DNA of 64,000 nucleotides from Mustelus asterias (taxonomy: Eukaryota): positions 434,001-498,000 of the forward strand of contig NW_027590198.1 in assembly GCF_964213995.1 (NCBI RefSeq), written 5' to 3'. Positions 23,480 to 34,300 of the stretch are shown piece after piece. The notes below the pieces were generated by a model. The model worked only from the letters and a program-made list of their open reading frames with translations, was not told where the DNA came from and did not search any database. Position 1 is the stretch's first letter. The number at the start of each line of letters is the position of its first letter. A program made the translations under genes and the position numbers.

Positions 23480-26399
23480 GCTTTTTTCATCTGCTTATGA
23501 GTTAAACATCCAACCTGCTAATTCATTTTGATTCCTCTGTTTGCTATGGGCATAAATGCTCCTCCGACAGCAGATACTTACCAGTGTCTTGCCTCCCTAT
23601 GGCACAGTGGTTAGCATTACTACTTCACAACACCAAGGACCTGAGTTGGATTCCTGGCTTGGGTGACTATCTGTGTGGAGTTTACACATTCTCCCCGTGT
23701 CTTCGTGGGTTTCCTCTGACTGTTTCGGTTTCCTCCCATAGTTTGAAAGACGTGCTTTTTAGATGCATTGGCCACGCTAGGTTATTCCCCAGTGTACCCG
23801 AACAGGCAACGGTATGTAGCGACTAGGGAATTTACACAGTAAATTTATCACAGTGTTAACGTAAGCCTACTGTGACACTAATTAAAAAAGCCATAAAAAA
23901 TAAACCTCAATCTTAGAGATCCAGCGCTCCAAATTGAGATAGAGTACAGAATTAAGGTGGATTGGCGCTAATTAATTCAGTGATTACCCTGAGTAAGTTC
24001 AGCAAATTTCATCCAGTTACTGGTTGATGCGAAAACGTTCTAATTCCGAGCAACAAATGATTCACTTTTAAATATAGACGACTCGTCAATCCCATCAAAG
24101 TTTTGATCATTTCTTCGTTGCAGAATCGCACCCAGTGGGGACTGGAGTCAGAGCGACACAAGAATAACAACGGAAACTCTCATCCCCAGTCGCAGATAGG
24201 GCACTAGGCTGTTCAATCAATCCTCCATCAACTCGCCTGATAGAGAGGCGAGAAAATTGATTTTTTAACTCACTGTCCCCACTCACCTACCCGACAGAGG
24301 GGGAAAAGAGCAATTGTTTACCCATTAAACTCACTGTGCCAACAGAGAGAGGGGAAAGGGCGATGGTTAACCCATTATACTCCGCCTCGCCAAGGAGACA
24401 GAGTGGAAAGGCACCGCTCCCTATTTCTGTGGACTCAGTTTATATTGGTTCAAAGTCGCTAATGGTAGGATGTATTAAATACTAACAGCCCAAAACTTCA
24501 CTGGTGTTTGAATTCTTCTGGCTTTTACCCGTTCTATCCCTGATGTTCTGAGGACTGCTAATTGAATTGCTTCTTTCATTCAGCTTGTTGTCACATTGCA
24601 GCTCACATTACACCACATGAATTCCCAGAAAGAGGCGAATATTCCATTAATATCCTCTGACAGGGACAGTTCCGGTTCGGTTTAATCAGTAAAACTTGGA
24701 GCAATAACAATGATGTTCACGTACTGTCTCACACACACAGAAACAGAGATAAACATGCACATATACATCTCCACAAACACAGCACAGACCAGAAGAAAAT
24801 ACAAACATAAACATTAGTAACCCATGCCCCCTCGCAAATTAAAACTAAAGCATTCCAATTAAGACTATCATAAACATTGACACGGGTGACCACTCATACA
24901 CATGCATTAACAAACTCTAACATTCTTCCATAAACACAGGTCAACGGATTCTCTGACCCATCACATAAACTCACCAATAAATATTCACTCCCTCACAGTG
25001 AAAAGGGGTACACACAGAAGCAGGCACATTAACACACACATTAATTCATAGAGATGGATAAACACTAAAATACACACATGGTCAATATATCCACATGATA
25101 GACTTAATTTCCAAATAAAACATACTTTAATTTATATATATATATGGCAGAACAGAAATTGAATATCGCTGAAAAAAGAAAGATGTTTAAGCTTTTCATC
25201 TTGCATTCCCCAGGCTCTTCACAGGAATAATAACTATCACGGGAACAGCAATTTATAATTCTTAGGGAGAGTGTGGCGAATGCAATGCATCTAACTGTGC
25301 GAGAAGCTGCATGCATTAAAGCACAGCACCCTATTCTTTGCAGAGATAAATAACACATACAGACATTGTGTTTGTATCATCTGAACAAAATAGGAGACAG
25401 CCAAGATCTGATTCCTTTCTCAGGGCAATAACTTGACCAATTACTGTGAATGTGTCTGCTCTGAACTTAAACAAAGCTTGGCAGTTCACTTTCAGTCAAC
25501 GTTTAACTGGTACATTCATCATGGAATGTCTCCACTAATCACAGTCCACTTGTCAACCAACATGTACTGTTTTCTCGTGAAGTATTAATTCTTGCTCCAT
25601 TTGCGTTTGATGTTTGTGCCATTGCCCTCTGACTACAAGACAAAAAACGTCAACATATCTCTTTCAAATATATTTATATCGACACCACGGTAACGTAACA
25701 CATTCTCACACACAGGGGCACACAAACAAAGATTAAAACAGATCAGTACATCCCCATGTGCACATATACAGAGGCTAAAGCACAAACAAAAATGGAAGGC
25801 TTTCAGGAAAATTAAAATTCAGTTGTTTTTACTAAGGGGTCCGTGCTGCTGTTTCAAATCCTAAAACCATGTTCTCCTTTCGAAACTGACGTGAATAAAT
25901 TAACTGCCAAATCCAAACAAACAAAGAGTATAATTCTTTCCATCTGTTATCGATCATCATTTACAGTACCTCAATGAATAACTGTCTGAAGTTATCTCTA
26001 AAATCATCCAGGACGATTCGAAGAGCAAAATAAATAGTATCAGGGCAGCTTTGTGGCTCAATCGTTAGCATTGCTGCCTCACAGCTCCAGGGACCCAAGT
26101 TGAATTCGATTCTTGGGTGGCTGCCTGTGCGGAGTTTGCGTGCCTGCATGGGTTTCCTCCAGGAGCTCCCGTTTAATCCCACAGTCCAAAAATGTACAAG
26201 TTAATTAGATTGGCCATGCCAAATTGCCCCTTGGCGTCCCAAGATGTGAAGGGTATGTGGATTAGCCATGGGACTATTGTGCAGTTATGGAGATAGGGTG
26301 GCTAGGTCCAATTTCGGTGAAGACTCGATGGACCGAATGGCCTCTTCAGCACTGTAGTAATTCCATAATTCTACGACTTGACCAGAGGTCCAATGTGCG

Positions 26400-27495
26400 T
26401 TACTTCAATATTCAAATAGCTGATGTCTGATATTGCCTCTTACTCCAGTTCCCACTTACTTCTCATATCCTTTATTACCCGATAAACCAAAACTATATCT
26501 GCCCCAGCCTTAAAAATATTCAATGATGGGGCATCCACAGTCCTCTAGGGCAGGCAACTCAGAAGAGTCATATCCCTAAGTGAAGGAATGTCTCCTCATC
26601 TCAGCCCTAAACGAGAGCACACCTATTCAAACGCCCGTTATTTTAAATTCCCCATCCAGAGGTAACAGCATCTCAGTGTCCAACTTGTGAAACCCATTCG
26701 GATTATTTTGTCTCAATGTTATCGCCTCCCATTCTTCTAAACTAAAGAGAATGTAGACCCAAGTTGCTCAGTCCGCGTCAGTTATCTTCAGTCGTTTGGT
26801 CTTCATAATATTAGTTACTGATAGTTGGTACAAAATTAAACAAGACTAAACGATCGCCTAAGATTAAATAATAAAATATATGTTCAAATACATCTGTTCA
26901 AATCCAGTATGAGGAACATATTGGAAGGACGGGTGCGGAATTTGTAACACAGAAACTAGAAACGGGAGTACGCCTTCGAGCTGCTCCGCCATTCATTTTG
27001 AAAATGGCTGATCAACGAATTCAATATCCTGATTCTCGCCCCACCCCATATACCTTGATCCATTTAGCCCTAAGGGCTTGAATTCATACATTGTTTTGGC
27101 CTCAACTATTTTCTGTGGTAGTGAATTCCATACATTCACCATCTTCTGGGTGAAGAAATTTCTCCTCACCTCAGTTCAAAAAGGTTTACCTCTTATCCTC
27201 AAGCCATGACCGCTAGTTCTGGACTTATCCACCATCCTTCCTGAATCTACCCTGTCTCACTCTGTTAGAATTTGATAAGTTGCTATGAGATCCCCTCTCA
27301 TTCTTCTAAACTCCGGTGAATATAATCTTAACCGACTTAATTTCTCCTCATATGACAGAACTGCATCCCAGCAATCAGCCTTGTAAAATTTCGCTTTACT
27401 CTCTCTATAGCAAGGACATTGTTCGTCAGATAAGAACACCAAAGCTGCACACAATACTCCAGGTGCGGACCCACCAACGTCCTATATAATTGTAG
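26400..27495 (-). mobile_element. CR1 LINE fragments in the Cmu4-TM1 intron
   Basis: LSYEEKLSRLRLYSPEFRRMRGDLIATYQIL, a CR1 ORF2 C-terminal motif. Confidence 0.8.
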
Positions 27496-27685
27496 ATTAT
27501 ATTACTGAGAGAGATTAATTTAATAATATATGCATTGACAATTTTATTAAGCGTTTAAGTTAATAACACATAGGCTTTGAAAAGTATATCAGAGAACAAA
27601 ATAATACCTTAAGAAGGGAAAATGAATAACCAAAATAATATCCATGACGAGAAAAAAAATCTGAAAGTATTCCCTCTCCCCGCAG

Positions 27686-27810
27686 ATTCCACAGAATCCA
27701 CCTGGATTGAAGACCAGGATGATAACAGCAATATCTGGACAACTGCTTCGACTTTCATAGTCCTGTTCTTCCTGAGCATGTCCTACAGCGCTGCCGTCAC
27801 TCTGGTGAAG
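27686..27810 (+). CDS. IGHM: IgM TM1 exon
   Basis: Acceptor cccgcAG; DSTESTWIEDQDDNSNIWTTASTFIVLFFLSMSYSAAVTLVK with the conserved antigen-receptor TM motif (WTTASTF..LF..S..YS..VT); donor GTGAG at 27811. Confidence 0.95.
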
Positions 27811-27952
27811 GTGAGATGATTCAATCCACCCACATCTGAATCAGATAGGAGAGGTTTGAAAAATATCCAGAAGTCTCAATTTAGAAGAGCCTTTAGATAA
27901 ATGTCTCAAACACATAAAATGGCTGTTGAATTATTTTATTTCTCTTTTGCAG

Positions 27953-27961
27953 GTCGGGTGA
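27953..27961 (+). CDS. IGHM: IgM TM2 exon (VG-stop)
   Basis: Strong acceptor tttctcttttgcAG then GTC GGG TGA; AATAAA follows at 28013-28018. Confidence 0.85.
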   Translation, partial: VG

Positions 27962-28012
27962 TTGAATTTAGGAAATCTTGTGGTTTTCGCCGTTCACAGT
28001 GTGGTGCTGTGG

Positions 28013-28018
28013 AATAAA
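28013..28018 (+). terminator. Poly(A) signal candidate for membrane mu mRNA
   Basis: AATAAA about 50 nt after the TM2 stop. Confidence 0.55.
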
Positions 28019-28669
28019 AAATACGTTATCATTGTGATCCTCAAAGTTAATGTGCCTTCAGCGGACAGATTCGAATCCATAACTGAGATAGCAATATCAG
28101 CTGGATTTCGTTTTTGTTTCAGTTTAAAATGAATGAGATAATCGTGTCGACAATATAATTGTAACTTGGAGTTTCACCATTGTTCAAATTAATGTGTAAG
28201 TTAGTGGTTATTTCTTATTGAGAATTATTCACCGCCTTTTATGTGGAGGCCCTGATTTCTTGATTTGATTTGATTTATAGTTGTCACAAGTATTAGCATA
28301 CAGTGCAAAGTGTTGTTTCTTTCTTTAGTTAATTACAGTTATAGACAATTGTCAGTTTAGGCGACAATGTTATGTTCTCACTGTGACGCTCAGTTTGTGT
28401 ATTCACCTGGGGTCAACTTTAAACTGTATCTTATTGTAAAATGTTCTCTGTGAAATTTTAAATAAATCTTGAATGACAAATTAAATGACTTAGAAGTTGC
28501 TACATGCTGAGCTCCACGGCATAACCTTATCACTCGATTTTCCAATCCGAACGCTCCCTCACTCACGACGCCCCTTTCAACCGATAGGGCTTTGTAATTA
28601 ATCCTGTTTGGATTTTGATCAACCCGACAACACTTCAGTGAAGGAGCCGCTGCGCCATCCAGTGTCCCA

Positions 28670-29425
28670 AAAAACAAAGAACAAAGAAAATTACAGCACA
28701 GGAACAGACCCTTCGGCCATCCAAGCCTGCACCGACCATGCTGCCCGAATGAACTAAAACCCCCTACCCTTCCGGGGACTATATCCCTCTATTCTCATCC
28801 TATTCATGTATTTGACAAGCCCCTAAAAAGTCACGATCGTATCTGCTTCCACTACCTCCCGGTAGCAAGTTCCAGGCACCCACAACCCTCTGTGTAAAAA
28901 ACTTGCCTCGTACATCTCCTATACACTTTGCCCCTCGCGCTTTAAACCGATGCCCCCTACTAATTGACTCTTCCACCCTGGGAGAAAGCTTCTGACTATC
29001 CACTCTGTCCATGCTCCTCATAATCTTGTCGACTTCTACCAGTTCGCTCCTCAACATCCGTCGTTCTAGTGAGATTAAACCAAGTTTTTCCAACTTGTCC
29101 TCATAGCTAATGCCCTTCATATCAGGCAACATCCTGGTAAATCTTTTCTGCACCCTCTTCAAAGCCCCCATACCTTCTGGCATCGTGGCGACCAGAATTG
29201 AATACTATATTCCAAGTACGGCCTAACTAAGGTCCTATAAAGCTGCAATATGACTTGCCAATTTTTAAACTCAATGGCCCGGACAATGAAGACAATCATG
29301 CTTTATGCCTTCTTGACTACATTCTCCACCTGCGTTGCCACTTTCAGTGACCTGTGTACCTATGCACCCAGATCCCTCTGCCTATCAATATTCTTAAGGG
29401 TTCTGCCAGTTACTGTATAAATCCC
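28670..29425 (-). mobile_element. CR1 LINE 3' fragment
   Basis: [40 protein letters not shown], with an (AAAGAAC)n tail on the + strand. Confidence 0.85.
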
Positions 29426-29569
29426 ATTTGTGTAAAGACACCTCTACATCTGCCTTTTCATATTAAGTGGCAGAAGCAATTGACGAAACAGTCAGCGGGA
29501 ACACGTTGCTGACTTTATTCAATTATTAATCCGTTACGTTCACATATGGGTTTCCATTACAGAGCAGGA

Positions 29570-29902
29570 CAGTGCTGCCTCATAGCCTAACACAATGGAG
29601 TATAATGAAGCATCTGGTCTTCAGGCTCTGGAAGCAGATGATCACAGAACAGTCGATAGTGAAAGCTACCGTCAGCCAAACTGACCCATCCTGTGTTGCA
29701 AAGACCAGTATGATGCCCACTGCACTCGTCAGGGTGGTGGACAGAACATTGTTAGAAAAGTAGATGCGGCCGACATGGTTGAGGGTGACGGCAATGATGA
29801 TGATCGGGAAATTGCTCATCGCTATCGGCACCAGGTAGTCGGTGATGCACCGGGAGATTCCGTAACGTCCTCGGGATACGATTATAATCACCAACATGTT
29901 GG
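29570..29902 (-). pseudogene. Truncated GPR139/142-like GPCR exon 2 fragment (end of TM1 to TM3)
   Basis: Acceptor ctcacAG, then ANMLVIIIVSRGRYGISRCITDYLVP..SVWLTVAFTIDCSVIIC, clearly paralogous to the GPCR at 56305. The DRF motif has decayed to DCS and the frame ends after TM3. Confidence 0.85.
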
Positions 29903-30518
29903 CTGTGAGCGATAAAAACATGGAGAGATATCACCGCGCAAACTCCAAACACCAGCTACTGCCCCATCTAATCTGAATACTTGCTGACAATTCCCTTTGC
30001 CAGCTCCAGGTTACAAATCTTCCAAAGCTATTGGTGTTTGTTCTATACCCACTGGTGGGTGAAACGTGTCAATATAGTCACCATTCCAATCAGTCCCCGT
30101 CACACACAATGCTCTCTGGTTCCTGAATCAATCCAAGGGGCTCACTGTGCAGCGGAAGATTATCCGAAACATTTGGTCCCACTGCCTTTATGCAAGCCCA
30201 TATCAAGCCCCTACTCGCTGATGTGCATTGGCTCCCAGTCTGGCAACGTCTGCGTTTTAATATCCTGATCCTTTGAATTGTCAATCACCTTCACTGTCTC
30301 ACCCCTTCCCTCGCTGTTACTTCCTATAACTACCTGAGATCTCAGCGTATCCACAATCCTGCTCTACTGAGCATCTTTGATATTAATGTCTAGCGATTAT
30401 GTCTAGTTTTTGAGTATTTCATCTCTGAAATGCTCTCCCTCAAAACCTCTGAATTTTCTTCTTGCTTTTGGATGTTTCGTACATGGAAACATAGAAACTA
30501 GAAGCAGGAATAGGACAG

Positions 30519-30804
30519 GGACAATTGCTAAAGATTCAGTGTTTGAAGTTTCTGGAAGGACAGAACATAACATTGGACTTTAAATACCCGACTGCTGCTC
30601 TTCAAACTCTGTACAGGTACATCCAATATCCCCGGCAAGCTCTGAGATTTTTGATGAAGACATGTAGCTTGGCAATACCGATATGACTCCACATTTCCCA
30701 GATAGATTGTCGGCTAATTTACACAAAGGGAACAACACTTTTCCTTTAAATGTCACTAGAGCTCTTCTTTCTGACACCGTGGTGTATTTCTGTGTCATGG
30801 AGCC
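30519..30804 (+). pseudogene. TCR alpha/delta-type V pseudogene
   Basis: After cAG at 30516-18: GTIAKDSVF / LEGQNITLD(F)KYPTAALQTLY(R)YIQYPRQALRFLMK / GNTDMTPHFPDRLSANLHKGNNTFPLNVTRALLSDTVVYFCVMEP. Matches the V-domain framework with Cys23->Phe (TTT 30579), Trp41->Arg (AGG 30615) and two frameshifts. The YFC..P ending followed by CAC is typical of TRAV/TRDV. Confidence 0.8.
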
Positions 30805-30836
30805 CACACGGATTTAACGAACCGCGCACAGAGACC
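30805..30836 (+). other. Degenerate recombination signal sequence of the TCR V pseudogene
   Basis: Heptamer-like CACACGG (30805-11), 16-nt spacer, nonamer-like ACAGAGACC (30828-36; 7/9 match to ACAAAAACC). Confidence 0.55.
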
Positions 30837-31194
30837 CCAGACTGGGAGTTCCAGTTAATGATCAGCAGAGGGCGCGCTCAACATGATAAACAGAAACAAC
30901 AATTCAGTCTCAACAACGAGTGTCACCGAATCATAAAAAAATCAAAACAAAATATGACACTCAAGAACAGCTGAGCCGCAGTTGGTTTTTAACTTGCAAC
31001 TATATTAAAAATGCATTGATGCTTAGTTAACAACCCACCTTTAGTCTTTGCTGATAGTTCGTTGCATGTGTGAATTATTCTCCATCTTCACTCTCCACTT
31101 CGAGGTCACTTTGATCAATGGGTCTATTTAGTCAGAGTATTTTGCTGGCTAAGAGACAAGTTATGTAAAATATACACTTCACAAATGTGTCATA

Positions 31195-32577
31195 GAACCA
31201 TAGGACCTGTTTGGGGACTATCAAGCACTTGGAACTAAATTAAAGAACAGGTCCTCAAGGTTAATAATCTCAGGATTCCGACCCGAGCCACATGCAAATT
31301 GGCATAGGATTGAGAGAATTCCGGAAGTTAACACGTTACTAAAGGAATGGTGCGGGAAAGAGAGGTTCCAATTCATGAGGTATTGGCATCAGTATTGGAA
31401 CAGGAGGGATCTGTACCGTTGGGACTGTCTTCACCTGAACTGATCTGGGACAAGTTTTCTAGCGAACTGGATAAATTCGGTGGTCACAAGGACTTCAAAC
31501 TAACAACGTGGGGGGAAGGGAAGAGTAAAACTACGGGAAATATAACGGCTAACAGAAAGAAAGCAGCAGGTTAGCATGTGGAGAGAAGGTTCCAACTACA
31601 TCGGAAATCAGGGGAAAAAAGTTAATAGAGAGGAGACATGATTGCTGGATGGACATGACTGAGAATTAAATATCCAGGGGTATCCGGCTGTTTGGAGGGA
31701 CAGGAAGTTAACAGAAACAGTATCCACGCATCTCTTCAAGAGTATTTAAGGATGACGTCAGGGTGGTAATGAGAGATGATATAGGTTCCATGGAAAAAAG
31801 GTTGAATCCATTTGGGTGGAAATTAGAAATAGTAAGGAGAAAAAGGTCACGGATAGGCGTACTCTATAGGCCATCAAATTATAACATCACGGTGGGACGA
31901 GAAATAAACAACATATAAACAGCATATAAAACTGGTACAGCAATTATCATGAGGGATTTTAATCTACATGTCAATTGGTCAGACCGGGAAATGAGGAAAT
32001 GCCTGAGGATTTGAACAGGTGTTTAGTGTCGGTCTTCACAGTGGAAGACACAAAAGGCATGTCAAAAATTGATGACAAGAAGGCTATGGCAGGTGAGGAC
32101 ATAGAAACTAACATTATCACGAAAGAGATAGTGTTGGTCAAGCTAATGGGGGCTAAAGGTAGACAAGTCTCCTGGCCCTGATGGAATGCAACCCAGGGGA
32201 CTAAAGGAGATGGTGGGAGGAATAACAAATGCACTCGTGGTAATTTACCAAAATTCGGTGGATTCTGGGGTGGTTTCCGCAGGTTGGAAAAGAGCAAATG
32301 TGATGCCACTGTTTAAAAGAGGAGGTAAACAAAAGGCAGGTAACAATAGGCCGGTTAGCTTAACTTCTGTAGTAGGGAAAATGCTTGAATCTATCATCAA
32401 GGAAGAAATAGCGAGACATCTGGATAGAAATTGTCCCATTGGTAAGTTGCAGCATGGGTTCATGAAGGGCAGGTCATGTTTGACTAATTTGGTAGAATTC
32501 TTTGAGAACATTACGTGCAAAGTGGACAATGGGGAACCCCGTGGATGTGGTGTATCTGGATTTCCAGAAGGCATTTG
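31195..32577 (+). mobile_element. Internally deleted CR1 LINE (ORF1 esterase end, endonuclease and RT fragments)
   Basis: WKRANVMPLFKRG..NNRPVSLTSVVGKMLESIIK..QHGFMKGRSCLTNLVEFFE, followed by DVVYLDFQKAF in a shifted frame. Confidence 0.85.
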
Positions 32578-32579
32578 CC

Positions 32580-33649
32580 TCCGTAACCAACACAGGCAAA
32601 TGCAAAATCAAATCAACTGTGTGCCAAAATAGTTAACTCTCCTTACAACTTTTCAGACGTAACAAAACACCCATCTTGAAATTGATTTTCCTTTCCCAAC
32701 ATGGCAGAGGTCAAATCTCTGTCGGATTCCTATTCTTGAAAATGACCATGAATCGCACAATTACATCCTCTCTCTCTCTGTGCCAAACACAGAAAGTCCG
32801 TGCTGCTTTTAAATCTTTACTCCCCGCTTTGGTCCAGGATGCTTGAGACCAACCAATTTAACCCGTCTCTCTCTCTCACACAAGTGTCTCACAGGAGACC
32901 TGTGCTCCTGGGACCTCTCCCTGCTGGTTCTCTCACACGGCCTTGTCCCTTCCTCTGGAACTCCTCCCTGTGAGTTCCTTGCGCCCGCGCCAGCCGCCGT
33001 CTGTACGCACGGTCCAGCCACTTGATGCTTCTGTAGCTACGTGGCAATTTCAGCTCCGCTGCATAGGAGTGTCCGAGAGTCCACCCCCGGACCCTATGTT
33101 TAAGCATAGCATCTCTGCAAACTCCCCTTCTACCACGCGGCTTTTCGCTCCACTACGTAGGAGATCCGAGAGTCCGTCCCTGGCCTCTCTACATTAAGTG
33201 TGGGCTCTTTACATATACACCACTTTTGCACGTCTCCCCCAGTCCGAGATACTCAACTTACAGCTTACGGCTGCCAGATGCATAGCACCCTAACTGGTGG
33301 TATTTAAACAAAGTACTCACCCACCTTTTGGGAACACGTCTTGCCAGCGGTCACCGGTGAGTACCCTGCTGTCGCAGCGCCAAATTGTAAGAGGATTTTT
33401 CTCAGGTATCCCCTGAGGTGCTCTGTACTTGTTGAACCTCACTCAATACACAGACTGCAAAAGACAGTATATAGTTCAAGAACGAAAATGAATTTATTTG
33501 CTAATGCATGCATCAGGAGAGAGACAGTCAATGAGGGTTGACTGTCCTCTCTGACCTAATATTGCCTGGTTAAATTATTATATTTTTCTGAACATTTCAA
33601 TATCCCGCCGACTCTCAACAATCAGAGGGCCCAATCACAATATTCAACA
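32580..33649 (-). mobile_element. LTR retroelement/ERV 5' fragment: LTR, PBS and leader
   Basis: Minus strand TGT (33649) to ACA (33386) with CCAAT, TATA-like and AATAAA in U3-R-U5 order. Then ATT and PBS TGGCGCTGCGACAGCAGG (33382-33365), and a donor-like GGTGAGTA near 33320. Confidence 0.65.
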
Positions 33650-34300
33650 TTATATCAATGATAGAGCTGTATAAAACGCTAGGTCGGTCACGGTTGGAAT
33701 TTGCTGTACAGTTCTCGTCACCACGTTGCAGGAAAGACGTAATAAGTTTCCCAAGCCCCATTCCGGGATAGCTGATATGTTAGACAAAATATAGTAACTG
33801 CAACTCTGAGAAAAGTTTAAAATTGAAGGAGAAACAATGAAATCCGACAGTGTGTCAGGTAAATGTGAGCTAGGAGTCAAATTTACATCCTGTCAATGTG
33901 TGGACCGAACTTTACTGAGGGTTTGAATCTTATCACTATTGCTGTGGCTTCAAATTGTGTAACACGAATATAGTTTATCAGAAAGGCCTGGAACATTCAA
34001 AACAGATAAAGCAATTGATGAGGATTCAAACTGAAATTCATATTAGTTCCGTGCATGGGCCCTTCTGAATTTAATTACATTGTAATAAGAATAATAGGAA
34101 CAAGTAAAAATACAGCAGCATAATCCTGCAACAAGATTCTTCAGTAATCTGAAATTCATTGACCTCGCAAACAGAGGCCATTTACCTTGCATCACCACCA
34201 GGGGGAGCTCCCTCACCGTGTTTGTGTGTTCACTGTTTTAGGAGTTGGTTCCATTACACACTGATATAGGGAGACATAAATCAGGAGAATTGGATTCATT

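Noticed and set aside
24332-24338. CACTGTG heptamer downstream of Cmu4
   Set aside because: No nonamer at the proper spacing and no J- or D-like coding flank.
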